Notes: generated by a model from the sequence alone, not told the origin. DNA of 64,000 bases from Octopus sinensis (GCF_006345805.1 NC_043011.1:62880464-62944463); one strand, 5' to 3'; counted from the stretch's first letter, positions 39,743-53,035 are shown. Made by a program: numbers and translations.

Positions 39743-40192
39743 ATATATGTTTATATGTGGAGTACAACACAGTTTTATATATGTGTACATATATATATAT
39801 ATGTGTGTAAATTCAATGATATAGGTATAAGATATGTATTATATATCACGTAATATATTTGACTGTAAATGAATATGTTATGTTCTTTTCCCTTGCGCGT
39901 ATGCACATACGTGTATGCGTATGCGTGCGTGAGTGTTTGTGTGACCATGTGTTTGTGTGTGTGTACGTGTGTACGTGTGTGTCACTGTGTGCTTATGTGT
40001 ATGTATGTACGTATCTATGTATGTATGCATGTATGTATGTATATGTGTGCGCATGTGTATACGTATTAAAAATTATCTTTGGATATTCTATCTCTGCTCG
40101 TTAAGATAATTTATAGTATCTCATGTTCCGAATCTGTGATGCTGTCTGACACAATAAAGTACTAATCATATACTTATCCAAAGCATATGGCT

Positions 40193-40296
40193 TTCGTATC
40201 TTTTGAAACTTGGCACGCTGTTCCAAACAAATGCTCTCGGCTTTAACTTCAGGCCAATTATTTATACTTGCAATACCTTTACATATACATACATAC

Positions 40297-40331
<35 letters not shown>

Positions 40332-40692
40332 TGTATATGTAACCTGTTTAGAATATATTTGCGTATTAGGTTTTAGAACACTTTCTGTGTGCTTTCGTTG
40401 AACTTACACATGTCGGGTGTACATATGAAAGACTTATCATGTTACGAAACTGAAATACCGTGCCCCACAATAAAATACTGCTTGTTACGCATGCATACAG
40501 CATACGTAGCTTTTGAAACTTGGAAACTTCCAAATAAATTTTCTCGGCTTTAATTTCAGTCCGACCATATATACTTGAAATTCGTTTCTAAAAATAACGT
40601 TCTCTTAATATGTTTGTGTATTAGCTTTTAGAACACTTTCTGCTTGGTTTCATTCACCTTACATATGTCTAATATATATGTGAAAGACTTAT
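40193..40692. repeat. Diverged tandem duplication (two ~190-250 bp units)
   Basis: cttttgaaacttgg..ctcggctttaa.ttcag..tatacttg..gtattag.ttttagaacactttctg..tgaaagacttat occurs at about 40193-40440 and 40504-40692. Confidence 0.75.
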
Positions 40693-41503
40693 ATTAACAC
40701 TTTCACCACTACCTAATTATATATTATATATTATTTACATTCTCCTCCGTTTTATATTAAATATATATTATCGCTAAATTGAACGTTATTTTTTCTTTAT
40801 AGAGGTCTAATTTTATAGACCTCTATAAATTATTAGAAAATTACTTCGTATCAAATTTTAGCCAACGTCTATACAATATTTTAAAACCTTTCGATATAGC
40901 GAAGACACTACGCCATATGGTGGTGTCTAGACTTCCCTGAAAAGAGCTAATTGCAATGAAATATGAGTAGAGCAGTGTCGCGCAACCATTTTACACTTCT
41001 GGTACACCAATATTCTTTTCAAAGTTCGGCGGCACACCTGAACTAAAAAAATAGAACTAAGAATGTAGGGAAAAACCAGATAATCAGGTTGCACTGTGGC
41101 ATATTTTACATCGTTTCGAGGCAAACGAATGTGCCGCGTCACACCGGTTGCGGAGCATTGATCTAGAGTTGTGTCCCGTTTTCTTCAAATAATGAATAAT
41201 TATTACCTGCTGATCTTTACTCCATTTTTTCTCAGTATATGTATGTGGGGGTTGATTCAACATCGTGGCAACAGTTTACGCAGCCTATTCGGAATTTAAA
41301 ACGATTTCACTGCCAATACAAATCAATATAGACAAAAGAAATTTACTGCTGAAATTTCACTGCACTACTAACATAGATAGCTCCATTTATAAACTGGAAA
41401 TGTTTTTTTTTATGTAATATGGCCATTTAAACAATATATGGTTTCCAAATGTTGGAATGATACACTGAAGTACGTGATTCCTACGACATACATAAATACA
41501 TAG

Positions 41504-41545
<42 letters not shown>

Positions 41546-41550
41546 TATAT

Positions 41551-43526
41551 GAAAAAAACAAGTCAAAAATAGAAAATGCTACAATAATTTTATAGTGAAC
41601 ATTTCAGTACCGGTTTCGGTCATTTTGAGACCTTTTCAACTGTAACGATTAGATAATTAAATTTAGAAAAAATAGAAGAAAAGTTTTTTTAAAGGAATAT
41701 TTCTATAGTAGTGTTCAGATATAAGTGGAATTCTGCCTTTCTCTGACTCCCTTGTTTGCACTTGTGTGTTGGAGGTCGTTGTGAATTCTTGGTAGGGTAG
41801 TAGAAGAAGAAGGCTGATGAGGAAAGGGGGTGGGAAAATCTGGGAGTGCCCTGATGGTCGTATTTTGAATGGTCAGTGGCGGCTAGCAGTCGCAGTTTAA
41901 TTCAGGAGAATATTTCTATTGAAAGGCTTGTTTATAGAATTTGCGTAGGTGTTATAATAAAAAAAAATTGGTGACAAAGTTAAGGGGTAGAAGGTGGAGA
42001 AGTAGTATAAGAAGAAGATGACGATGTTGATGATGATGATGATGAAGAAGAAGAAGAAGAAGAAGGAGAAGGAGAATGACGATGATGATGATGGTGGTGA
42101 TGATTATGACGACGATGATGATGATAATGATGATGATGAAGAAGAAGAGAAAGAAGAAGAAAAAAACAGAGAAGGGAGAATATGAATGGGTGAAAGTAGT
42201 GAGGTGTTGTATGACTTGAAGTTGGCATGTTATGGATTATAGCTGTGATTTTAGCTGTGATTAGTAATGGATTCTTTGGAATGTAATATTTGTTTGTGTA
42301 TATTTCTTTTATTCTAAAGTCGAGGTATATTAATTGTTTGTCGTAGACCCGTTAAGAAGTGGCCTGTATTTTGTAATAAAGAGAGTTTTTTTCCTTATTC
42401 GTTGTCTCGAGGTTGTGTCGTCCTTAAATTGGTAGAGGGGGAAAATCCTGAAGCTTGGTGTTTTTTGTTGGCGCAAATATCTATGTGTTGGCTAAAAGCT
42501 ATTTTTCTGTTTTGGGGAATTTTTATCTGGGATCTGTGCAGGGCCATGTGTTTACGGAAACTATTTTTTGTTTGGCCTATGTACTGCTCTTGACACCCGG
42601 AGCAGGTTCGTGAGTATATTAGGTTCTCCGAAGCACATGTGAAGTTGCTTTTCACTGTAAACCGTTGTCCCCGTTTGAAGGAGAACTCTGATCCCTCAAT
42701 TAGATAGCCGCATATCCCGCAATTGGGTCTTCTATATTTTTTTACTGTCGGCTTCTGTGTTGAAGAGTGAATTCGGGCTTGTGTTAGGAGACTTTTCATG
42801 GATTTAGGCTGTCTCTTGCTTTTTATGATCGTGTGTGTTTGGAGGATTGTGTTCATTCTGTGGTCTTTTTTTAGGAGGGGTATGTTGTGGAGGATGGTGC
42901 CGAAGGCTCTGTTATTGAGAGGGTTGTGTGTGGAGATGTATGGTAAGGCTTTTGGTTGTAAGTTTTTCTTTGATTTGGGATGTCTCAGTTTCTTGATGGT
43001 AAGTTGAAGGGCACGTTGAATGCACTTGTCAATAAGTGAAGGTGGATAGTTCCTGGTGATAAGGGTATCTTTTAGTTCTTGTAGTCGTGTGTCTCTGGTG
43101 TTTGCGTTAGAGACTATAGTGCATATCCTTTTTGCTAGGTTGAAGGGGATATTCATCCTGGTGTGTCTGGGGTGGCATGAATTGAATGGAAGATATTGCT
43201 TAGAGTCTGTGGGCTTATAATATATGTCTGTTTCTATTATATTATTAGCTTTCTTAATGAGGATATCGAGGAAGGGGAGTTGTTGCTGGCTATATTCCAT
43301 CGTGAATTGGATGTTTACGTCCAGTCCGTTTAAAATTTCCTGGAATTCTATGAGTTTTTCTATATTTTTATGCCAAAGAATGAAACAGTCATCTAGATAT
43401 CTCTTCCAGTTGTTTTCTATGTAGATGGAGAAAGGGCTGCCATATCTTTCTAGAACCTTACGATACAGACTGATCTCTAGATATCCTACGACTAGGTTGG
43501 CAAAGGAGGGGGCCATTCGTGTACCC
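41551..43526 (-). mobile_element. Penelope-like retroelement, 5'-truncated (RT C-terminal half, GIY-YIG and 3' end)
   Basis: Contains ORF 42395-43528 and a 3' region shared with 6813-8086. Flanked by (TA)n. Confidence 0.95.
41605..41642 (-). ncRNA. Minimal type I hammerhead (U3-A8 variant) in the PLE 3' end
   Basis: cag-TTGAAAA-ggtc-tcaaaat-gacc-GAAA-ccgg-TA-ctg. Helix II is perfect, helix III is the palindrome ACCGGT and the triplet is GUA. Confidence 0.78.
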
Positions 43527-43528
43527 AT
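42395..43528 (-). pseudogene. PLE reverse transcriptase / GIY-YIG endonuclease ORF fragment (377 aa)
   Basis: MGTRMAPSFANL, WKRYLDDCF, LPFLDILI, YYKPTD..SCHP, CGIC, then FTCASENLIY..CSGCQEQYIGQT. It is truncated at the N-terminus and frameshifted near the C-terminus. Confidence 0.93.
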
Positions 43529-43541
43529 ATATATATATATA

Positions 43542-43585
<44 letters not shown>

Positions 43586-43638
43586 TCCTAGTTTCAGCTC
43601 AGAGCTGCGGCCAAGCTAATGCACCGCCGTTATATATG

Positions 43639-43670
<32 letters not shown>

Positions 43671-44189
43671 CATATATATAATTGGAATATACAAAAGAAC
43701 AAACATAACAAAAGACAACGACCGGTGTGTAAACAACAAGCAGATGTATTAGTTTAACGCTCGGAAAGTGAGAAAGTCTATTACGTTTCGAGCCTACGAT
43801 CTTTATCAAAAAGGAACATAGAAATAATCAGAGAGAGAGAGAGAGAAAGAAAAGAAAATGTTTAGTGGCTAGCAATCAATATGTATATATATATATAATC
43901 TTCTCGAAATAATAAGTTCGATCATTGCCATTCTTGGTTTTCCCCTCAAGGCAAAATATACACCAGGATAATCCGGTCTGTACTGCTTGCTTTCTTTTGG
44001 CCATTTGAAAAGTTTAAGAAGTCTCTTTTTAAATATGTGAAGTGTGTCGTAACAGATATATGCTAACAGAAGTGTGTAATATGCCGTAACAGATATACCT
44101 TCCAAGTTACCTAAATAAAACTATTCTTGATGCATGAAGAATTAAATTATTTAACAAATGTATAATGCAATGTCAATTTTGTTACTTGA

Positions 44190-44397
44190 TTGCCCACAAG
44201 GAGCTAAACATAGAGGGGACAAACAAGGACAGACAAAGGAATTAATTCGATTACATCGACACCAGTTCGCAATGGTACTTAATTTATCGACCCCGAAAGG
44301 ATGAAAGGCAAAATCGATCTCGGCGTAATTTGAACTGAGACGAAAAGCCACTAAGCATTTCGCCCGCGTGCTAACGTTACTACCAGCTCGCCGCCTT
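44190..44397 (-). mobile_element. SINE family 1
   Basis: Reverse complement of ggcggcgagctgg..gcctttcatcctttcggggtcgataaattaagtacca..tgtctgtccttgtttgtcccctct. Confidence 0.85.
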
Positions 44398-45717
44398 GTC
44401 AATGCAATGTCAATTTTGCAATATGAACTCTTTTATCTTGTGAGATATAAGTCTGCGTTGCTTACAAAACTTAGCATAGACAGCTTAGCATGTCGTTGTC
44501 CTGTATTCCAAAACTGCCGAGGTGGTGTCGACTGACGGGGTATTTAGTGCACTACATGGGGGTGACTGCTGAATATGTTTCAGCTTTTTCACGGATTTCC
44601 TGTTCCATTTACATTTACCATCCAAATGAATATGCAAAGTCTGATGAAAAGATCTTGGCTTCAAGGGTACATTCAGAGTTCTTCTACAGGGCTTAGAAAA
44701 ACTGCAGGACCGCTGCAACAGGTTTGCGAATATGAAAAATGAATATCTTGACTAAAACCATAATTAACTGATCCTTTAGTATTTTATTTTATCTAAAGCT
44801 AGGAACTTTTCAGCACCCGCTCCTATGAAGTGTCCACTTAGTTTCTTACTCTGCTAGAAGTAGGCTGCAAATCCCTTTCAAATATTACACAACGGATGGT
44901 TATAAAATGGAGGGTGCGTTGGTTAACATAAATCAAAAGAGAGAAAATATAGATAACGTCATGTTTGCAACATCTCTAATTAAACATTCGCTCGGTAAGA
45001 GTTTGACTTCTTGATGAATAGCAGCAGTTGCAGTCACATCTGCAACAACTGCGCACTCATCTGCAATTCAAACTGGCAGGCATGTTTGTTGCTTTTGTTT
45101 CCGTTTTATTGAAATTAACACGCAACTTAAGAGATCAAAATTCTCAGATTAAAAGTTGTTATCGCGAAAACAAATCTCTCTTGCGTTCAGCTGAATAAAT
45201 AATAGACGAATAAATATAAAAATAAAAATAGAATCAAAAATCAGAAAGCTGTGTATCGATCTGTTATTTCAATACTTTGTTTCTTTGATTTTTAGCTTAC
45301 AGGCGATATTCTAAAAAACAAGATAAATATAAAAAAAAGAGATACAGCAACAAACACATCTAAATGAAGAACATAAAGAACAAGAGAAGCTACAACAACA
45401 ACAACCAGAAAACAACAACAATAACGACAAAAAAAGGAAGTCTGGTAGTATTGCTTAATCAAATGGAAATATTTGATAACGAAATAGAACTTTACACTCT
45501 ATATTTGCGTATTTATGCATTCAATGTGAGGCAACGTAGTAGAGACGTTAGAGCTTTGGACGAAATAGCGTTGGGTATTATCCAGCAACTCCACATTATG
45601 AGATCGAGTCTAGCTAGACCGACTTTGCTTTTCATGATTCCGGAATCAGGAAATAAGATATTCGTCAAGGGATATAGAGCGTCGCTGTGATCAGAAGGCT
45701 TAAGTGCAAACCCCAAA

Positions 45718-45900
45718 TTATTTATTTACATTATTTACATTTGGCGGATATTTGTCTTCATCTTGTTTGTTGTTAACACAAAGTTTCGGCTGATATATCC
45801 TCCAGCCTTCATCAGGTGTCTTGGGGAAACTTTGTCAAATGTAAATAATGTAAATGATGTACATAATTCCTCATCTCTTAAATATAGAACTGTATTACCA
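45718..45900. mobile_element. Short inverted-arm element with a hammerhead on the minus strand (45775-45820)
   Basis: Inverted arms tttacattatttacatttg / caaatgtaaataatgtaaa. The minus strand reads gacac-CTGATGA-a-ggctg..cagcc-GAAA-ct-TT-gtgtt, with helix III disrupted. Confidence 0.7.
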
Positions 45901-45973
45901 AATATATTCGTTCTAGCTCTTTCTGATTAGGTTATATAATTGTATGCTGATAACAGAGTAATATCTGAGTTTT

Positions 45974-46008
<35 letters not shown>

Positions 46009-46192
46009 GTGTGTATATATATGTATATATGTATATATATATACAAAAAGCAATAAAGATTCAAGTTAATTTAAATGAATTTACTTGAATATGGTACCTA
46101 ACTTAGATGCACCAAAAAAAACTATACTGTTTTAACAATACAGTAATGTGGGGTGATTATAAGCGAGAAAGAAGCAACAAGAATGGATAGGT

Positions 46193-46283
46193 TTTTAGTA
46201 CAATCGTTTCATACAAGGACAGGCTTTATTAAAAGTTGTAAAAATTACAGCATATAAATGTGTCCCGTACTCATCAGCTAAAA
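46193..46283 (-). ncRNA. Type I hammerhead ribozyme with extended helix II
   Basis: ttttag-CTGATGA-gtac gggaca..tgtcctt gtat-GAAA-cgattg-TA-ctaaaa. It lies in a ~550 bp unique segment (about 46045-46600) between (TA)n tracts. Confidence 0.82.
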
Positions 46284-46628
46284 TACATGTGAGTTCTCTA
46301 GACATCCTAGTGGTTAAGGCTATACTCATGAAGTAATGAAGATAATTAAGTAACATAAACATATACAGATATCCAAAGTTCATTAAAGTTCTTTAAAGAT
46401 GATGTACAGTCTTATCACAGAATTTTAAAAAAGTTCTAATAGCAACCCAGAGAAGGTGACCTAATCCATAGTGCACATATGAATTTCCAGAGATATGATG
46501 AGGGATTACATACTCACAGAAGACAAATTCATCCATTGTTAATCACAACGAGGTGGGTCTCAATTCCTGCTTATTAGCATTACAGAGAGGGTGAATTAAT
46601 CCTTTGTATAGATGCACAATGTATATAT

Positions 46629-46681
<53 letters not shown>

Positions 46682-46712
46682 GTATATATATATATATATA
46701 TATACTTGTATG

Positions 46713-46744
<32 letters not shown>

Positions 46745-46745
46745 A

Positions 46746-46776
<31 letters not shown>

Positions 46777-47094
46777 ATATATATGTACGTATAGATAGAT
46801 AGATATAACCGATTAACAGAGTGATTTGAAAGTCGAGTTTATTGTAATTCTGCATTGCGGGTTCAACTCGTAGTAAAGTAGAATGGGGTGGGAGACTTAA
46901 TCTGCTCTTCTTTGCACTTAACATAGTCGTGTAGATGTTGGGAAACCTTTCTCAGTATCCTGACTCGCCAGCATTCGAAACCAGTTGAGGACTGGCAGAT
47001 CATCATTTGTATTACACTTGCTCGTTAAGAATCGGTAGAAAAATCTCGAATAGGAATGAATTATTGAATTAGGTAAGTATAGAATATATTTTTA

Positions 47095-47281
47095 CTACCA
47101 CCACCACCACCACCGGCACCACAACCACCATCACCACCAGCACCGACACCACCACCACCGGCACCATCACCATTACCATCACCACCAGCACCGGCCCACC
47201 ACCACCGGCATCACCACCAACACCACCACCACCAACACCACCACCACCACCGGCACCACCACCACCACCACCACCACCACC
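47095..47281. repeat. (CAC)n-type trinucleotide repeat
   Basis: Direct reading; source of the poly-G/V ORF. Confidence 0.9.
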
Positions 47282-48534
47282 TTCGTCTTCATTTTCGTCG
47301 TCATTCCTTACTCCCATCATAATCATCATAAATCATAATCGCTTATAATTGTCCCCTATTTTAGAATGCCCCACCCACCAAATGAATAAATTAATAAATA
47401 AATAATTAGATAAATAAAAACGAAAGGCAAATTTGACATGATTTGAACACTGTGTGTCAAGAACTGACACTCTTTTACTTTCGTTTAAGAAACATTACGT
47501 CATAACATTAACAAGAAGTGTTATTTCATAAGAAGTTAGAATTGCAATCTTTAACTAACTTCCTAACTTTTTCACCTTCTCAACAAACAATTCGATAATT
47601 TTCTAATACTCGTAGATTTTAAGGGAAAGAATCGGAACAGAAACTTAATAAACGCTTGAAAGGTCTTTCTTTTTTTTCCGTGTGTTAACGGAAACTATTT
47701 AGTTTATTTTGGTGGGATGCTTTTAAATTGCCTTCAGAAGTTCATGTCTTCAAATAATTAGTGTTCTGGAATTAGAAGAGAATTGCTGCTATTCTAAACC
47801 ACATGAGTTTTTGTTTAAGCTTTTAATTTGAAAGTAGAATATTTTTACGGTAATGAAATTAAAAAGGTAATCATTTTCTTGCGCTTTTTAACTAAAGAGT
47901 TAAAAATAAGGAAGCGTTTCTGTTAATTCTGTTAATGGCAGCACGTTATGTCATGTGCTTCAGAAGTATGCTACGCTACTTTGAGATTCGTGGTTCATTT
48001 CGTGAGATCTTAGGCAGGCGTTTTCCAACATTTCGTGGAATAAAACCTTTTGCGCAGAAGTCAGTTGACAAGAAGCGATGTGGAACGCCATGCTTGTGTT
48101 TGAGTGAGTCATAATCCGTAATTCGATTTTTACATCCACGTATTTAATGAGGCATATCCATGTATTTAATGGAGTTTACTCTATAGCCAAACCGACCTAT
48201 CTGAGTACTAACTTGTACAGTCTTCCCACTAGAATCGGAGGCTCTGCATAAAAACTTTTAAAACATGGAAAAAGTAGATTCTTATATTCCTTTTGTGACT
48301 GAGCCATACAAACCAACAACAATTAAAAGAGCAGGACTATTATTTCTGGAAGAACAATTAAAATATACGTAAAGTATACTAGCCATCTCAATATAGCTAA
48401 CCACTAAGGGTGGGTGTTACTGTAGCTTTTAGCCCCATGAGATCATCGTCTCCAGCTGGCTTTAGGCTCACTTTCTGTGCCCTTATGGTATTTGCAAAGG
48501 GAGGTAATCCCTCTCTCGTAAACCTAAGTGATAC

Positions 48535-48577
48535 GCACGGACTTCAGTTTCGAGGTATTTGCCTCTTGTCAACGTAC
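48535..48577 (-). ncRNA. Type I hammerhead ribozyme (U3-A8 variant)
   Basis: gtacg-TTGACAA-gagg caaata cctc-GAAA-ctgaag-TC-cgtgc. Confidence 0.8.
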
Positions 48578-48830
48578 GGCAATCACCGGTTTTCGATGAA
48601 GGAAGACCTGTTTGCAAATATTTATTTATTGTTTTTCCCAGTTACTTCCGTCACTGATTTCGAAAAACTGTCTGCAAGCGATAATAAATCTCTGAACGAG
48701 ATGTAAACAGTAACCACTCAACAACGTAAAGTATAATAGCCATCTCATTATGGCTAACCACTAAGGGTGGGTGTTACTGGAGCTTTTAGCCCTAGGAGAT
48801 CATCGTCCCCATGGAAAACCGGTGATTACC

Positions 48831-48873
48831 GTACGTTGACAAGAGGCAAATATCTCGAAACTGCAGTCCGTGC
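48831..48873 (+). ncRNA. Type I hammerhead ribozyme (U3-A8 variant)
   Basis: gtacg-TTGACAA-gagg caaata tctc-GAAA-ctgcag-TC-cgtgc. Helix III is palindromic, with predicted GUC cleavage after 48868. Confidence 0.85.
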
Positions 48874-49821
48874 GTATCACTTAGGTTTAAGAGAGAGGGA
48901 TTACCTCCCTTTGCAAATACCATAAGGCACAGAAAGTGTGCCTAAAGCCAGCTGGAGACGATGATCTCCTGGGGCTAAAAGCTACAGTAACACCCACCCT
49001 TAGTGGTTAGCTATATTGAGATGGCTATTATACTTTACGGTGTCGAGCGGTTACTGTTTACATCTCGTTCAGAGATTTATTATAAATTAAAAAATATTTA
49101 ACAGGCAAAAAATGCAAAATAATTTTAAAATCGCGCAAGTCTGTTTTAATTACAGAAAATTATACCCAGGTATTCGATTTATGATTACAGACCAGCTTAT
49201 GAGAAATTTCATCCTCACACTTTGAAATAGATTTTATTGCTATTTTTATGACATTCTTGCCATTCTTTTTAATATTCATTAAATCCATTTCTGTCCAAGA
49301 ACACAATAACGGTAGAGTGTATCTTCATCGCAGAGGTCACGTCATAGTGGAATCGATTAGTAACGCAGAACTGTGGCATACGTAAAATTACTAATCAATA
49401 TTGATTCATACGAAGTCGGTAGGCTGAGAGAAATTATATGAAGGACTTAAGAATGGTGAATTGGCTGATTCTGTAGAATATCAAGCCAAATGTGATGCGG
49501 CATTTAATGAGCGCTCATAACGCTCTTAGAGAAGATGCGCGGTGAGAACGTTTCAAGATGATAGTTTCGATTCCTGGAGCGGGTTGGGCGTTATGTTCCT
49601 GGGCAAAACATTCATTTTCCCATTGCTGCAGTCCGCTGAGTTGTACATAAGAGACCATGCAGCGGTTTAGGGGCAACTTTGTGATGTCGGTCACTTATAG
49701 GCTATGAGAGCTTGGGTCGGGAATCGCATATGTCCTAGAAGTTACTAACCTCAGGCTCAGATTAAATCCTGCCGGGGCCATCTTTGACGCTCGCCGTTTC
49801 CTCTGTTGATAAAACGAGTTT

Positions 49822-50056
49822 CTTATTTCTTTACTACCCACAAGGGGCTAAACATGGAGGGGACAAACAAGGACAGACAAACGTATTAAGTCGATTATAT
49901 CGACCCCAGTGGGTAACTGGTACTTGTTTAATCGATCCCGAAAGGATGAAAGGCAAAGTCGACCTCGGCGGAATTTGAACTCAGAACGTAGCGGCAGACG
50001 AAATACCGCTAAGCATTTTGCCCGGCGTGCTAACGTTTCTGCCAGCTCGCCGCCCT
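49822..50056 (-). mobile_element. SINE family 1, well-preserved copy
   Basis: Complete head (ggcggcgagctggcagaaacgttagcacgccggg..gagttcaaattcc), core and tail on the minus strand. Confidence 0.9.
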
Positions 50057-52277
50057 TACCAATGACAAATGAGTTCTTCGTGAATACTAGTGTCGATAGA
50101 GATAATTGCCTTTTCCGTCGTCACTTTTAGATTTGCACCTCCATAAGGCATTTTTACGTTATTTCGCCATTCTATGTTCATATTTAATTTTTTGTTTTTC
50201 TCATTCGACCTACATCAACGAAATTAATAGCACAATCATATTAATTGAGCTAAGAGATAAATTAAAATTCAGATATGAGTCAGGTAGAAATCCATTTACA
50301 TATTTCGTACAAACGATCAGTAATTTTGATCTATGTCTCGTGAAAGAACCTCTAAAATGTTGGTTATATCCCGCGTGTGAATATGATGAAACGAGAAAGA
50401 GAAAGAAAGAAAGAGAAAGAGAGAGAGAGAGAGAGTGAGTGAGAGGAAGAGAGCAAATGTGTGTGCGCGTGTGTGTGCACATGCGCATGCGTGCTTGTGC
50501 ATAATTTTGTTGTTACTTTGGTCAAAATTACCTGTTTATAATATCTACTTTGAGCTTATTCAGTAAATTAATGTACCCGTTCCCTAATCCGTTTGTTGGG
50601 AATTATCTGTTTCAACGGATAGTATGTAATAGCTCTGACTATAATAACGTCATACTAGGGTTTAAATTAAGCCCCAAAATAAAAATTGAAACAAAAAGAA
50701 TTGCCTATTACTTAGAAGCATTAATTTCATATCGATCTCATTGCATACTTCTTTACGCAGAAACCATTCCTGGAAAGCAGGTTTATACATGAAGTATTCC
50801 GACCTTGACTATTCTATCTTCATTTCAAGCATCGCACATATCGTACTACATGGTACATTGCGTTCATCTTTTCCAAGATGGGAGGACCTGATTTGAGTTA
50901 TATTTTATTATTTCTGCCTCCGCCTGAGGTTATGTAGATGCCCTTCATTGACTCATTGACTATAGTAGAGAAATGTGCCATTCCATAAAACTTAGGTGCA
51001 AGTACTAGGACAATTGGAGTTTAATATCTAGGCTATTGGCTCGAAATAGCCGATATAAATGCGTTACATTTTGGTTAGTAAACGGACATTTTAATACTTG
51101 CTAAGGTATTTGTGTTTCCTTCTAAATATTAATATATATTAAGCATTCTCTAAAATATTTTGCCTAATTAAAGGCATTCAAAATCGACTTGCATAGCTAT
51201 TCCTTACAACTTTTTACAGATTTTATATATTTGGAGATAACATGTTACAAGTCTGAAAGCTATAAGGGAAAGTAACAGAGAATATAGCGAGCGAAACATG
51301 AATGATCAATTAAAATACAGTTATAACATGGAATCCATAATTTCTCTTTACACTAGAAAAGTTTTTACGCTCTTTACACTTTCAACGCTGAGGGAAAAAT
51401 TAATTTTGACTTCAGAATATTGATTTTTTCACTTCAACGAAATGCTGTCGAGTATACTGTTGAAATATCCATAATATATGCTCAATAACCACTAACGTAA
51501 TTAGATTAAATCAGCTCGTCGAGCCTCCTTCACATTTATCACTCTTCCTCCTACTCTTCGTCTATAGATATTTTAATACCTCAGCCAGTTAAATCCATAA
51601 TTGTTCTGCAAGCTGCGGTGGCGAGTGTTTTTGAATCACCGTATGTTAAATACACAAGATAACAATGATTTCATAAGAAAATCAAATGAGTGTGGAGGAG
51701 CGTCGGTGTAATGCTTATTGTATAATTTTGCTCTTAGTTTATCAAAATATCGCTATTATAAAACTGGAAGAAAGGAGATATCATCGAAAACGCACCTCTG
51801 GAAACAGCAATTGTATGTAGGAGAATACAATTAGTTTTGATGTGCCAAAATATTGTTGCATGAATTTAATTAGTACGATGTACAAACTAATTACTAATTA
51901 TACAAAGCCTACAAGACAGTATAATAGTGATCTGCATACGTGAGCTAGCAAACTAATTTTATTGTCGGAGCCGAATGGAAGCAAATGTTAACATGTATTA
52001 ATTAAATTAATTTGAAGCATTTGTAATTATATAAAAAAATTATTCCTTCTCGTTAGGAATTGAAACATTACGAAAATAATGTTTAAATAAAAGTAGAAAA
52101 ATAAAATCACTATTAACCTTCTCTCTTATTGAAACTATGTTTTAAAACACAATAGACTGTTAAATATAGATTGTAGCACGATGAGTTTCAACGATGCGTC
52201 TCCATGCACACATTCCTATAAGCATTAGGTGTATGTGTGCGTGCGTTTGATTGTGACTGTATGTATGTTTGTGGATG

Positions 52278-53035
52278 GGCGGCGAGTTGGCAGAAACGTT
52301 AGCACGCCGGGCGAAATGCGTAGCCGTATTTCGTCTGGCATTAGGCTCTGAGTTCAAATCCGAGGTCGATTTTACCTTTCATCATTTCGGGATCGATAAA
52401 TTAAGTACCAGTTACGCACTGGGGTCGATGTGATCGACTTAGTCAATTTGTCTGTCCTTGTCTGTCCCCTCTGTGTTTAACCCCTTGTGGGTAGTAAAGA
52501 AATAGGTATTTCGTCTGCCGCTACGTTCTGAGTTCTAATTCCGCGGAAGTCAACTTTGGCTTTCATCCTTTCAGGGTCGATTAAATAGGTACCAATTACG
52601 CACTAGGGTCGATATAATCGACTTAATCCATTTGTCTGTCTTTGTCCCTTGTGGGCAGTAAAGAAATAGGTATTTCATCTGTTTTTACTTTGTCAGTTCA
52701 AATTTCGCCGAGTTTGACTTTGCCTTTCATCCTTTCGGGGTCGATATATTAAGTACCAGTTACGCACTGGGGTCGATGAAATCGACTTAATCCGTGTGTC
52801 TATCCTTGTTTATCCCCTCTATGTCTAGCCCCTTGTAGACAACAAAGAAATAAGAAACGTTAGCACGCCGGGTGTAATACTAGTTGTATTTCGTCTGTTG
52901 CTACGTTCTGAGTTCAAATTCCGCCGAGGTCGACTTTTCCTTTCATCCTTTCGGGCTCGACAAATTAAGTACCAGTTGCATACTTTGGTCGACTAGCCCC
53001 CTCCTCCAAAATTTCGGGTCTTGTGCCTAGAGCAG
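52278..53035 (+). mobile_element. SINE family 1 tandem multimer (four core units)
   Basis: The core ctttcatcctttcggggtcga recurs at about 52376, 52560, 52724 and 52940. Confidence 0.9.

Larger units (their letters stand above)
48368..49083. mobile_element. Retrozyme-like element: 357 bp-period 1.2-mer plus ~270 bp inverted arm, two hammerheads
   Basis: cgtaaagtata..gatcatcgtc occurs at 48368 and 48725. 48813-49083 is the reverse complement of 48375-48596 continuing into 48691-48730. Confidence 0.88.

Noticed and set aside
44485-44718. Overlapping short ORFs in a GC-richer patch
   Set aside because: No recognisable protein motif on either strand.
52278-53035. CRISPR-like repeat array
   Set aside because: Units are ~170-215 bp SINE copies without unique spacers, in a eukaryotic context with no cas genes.
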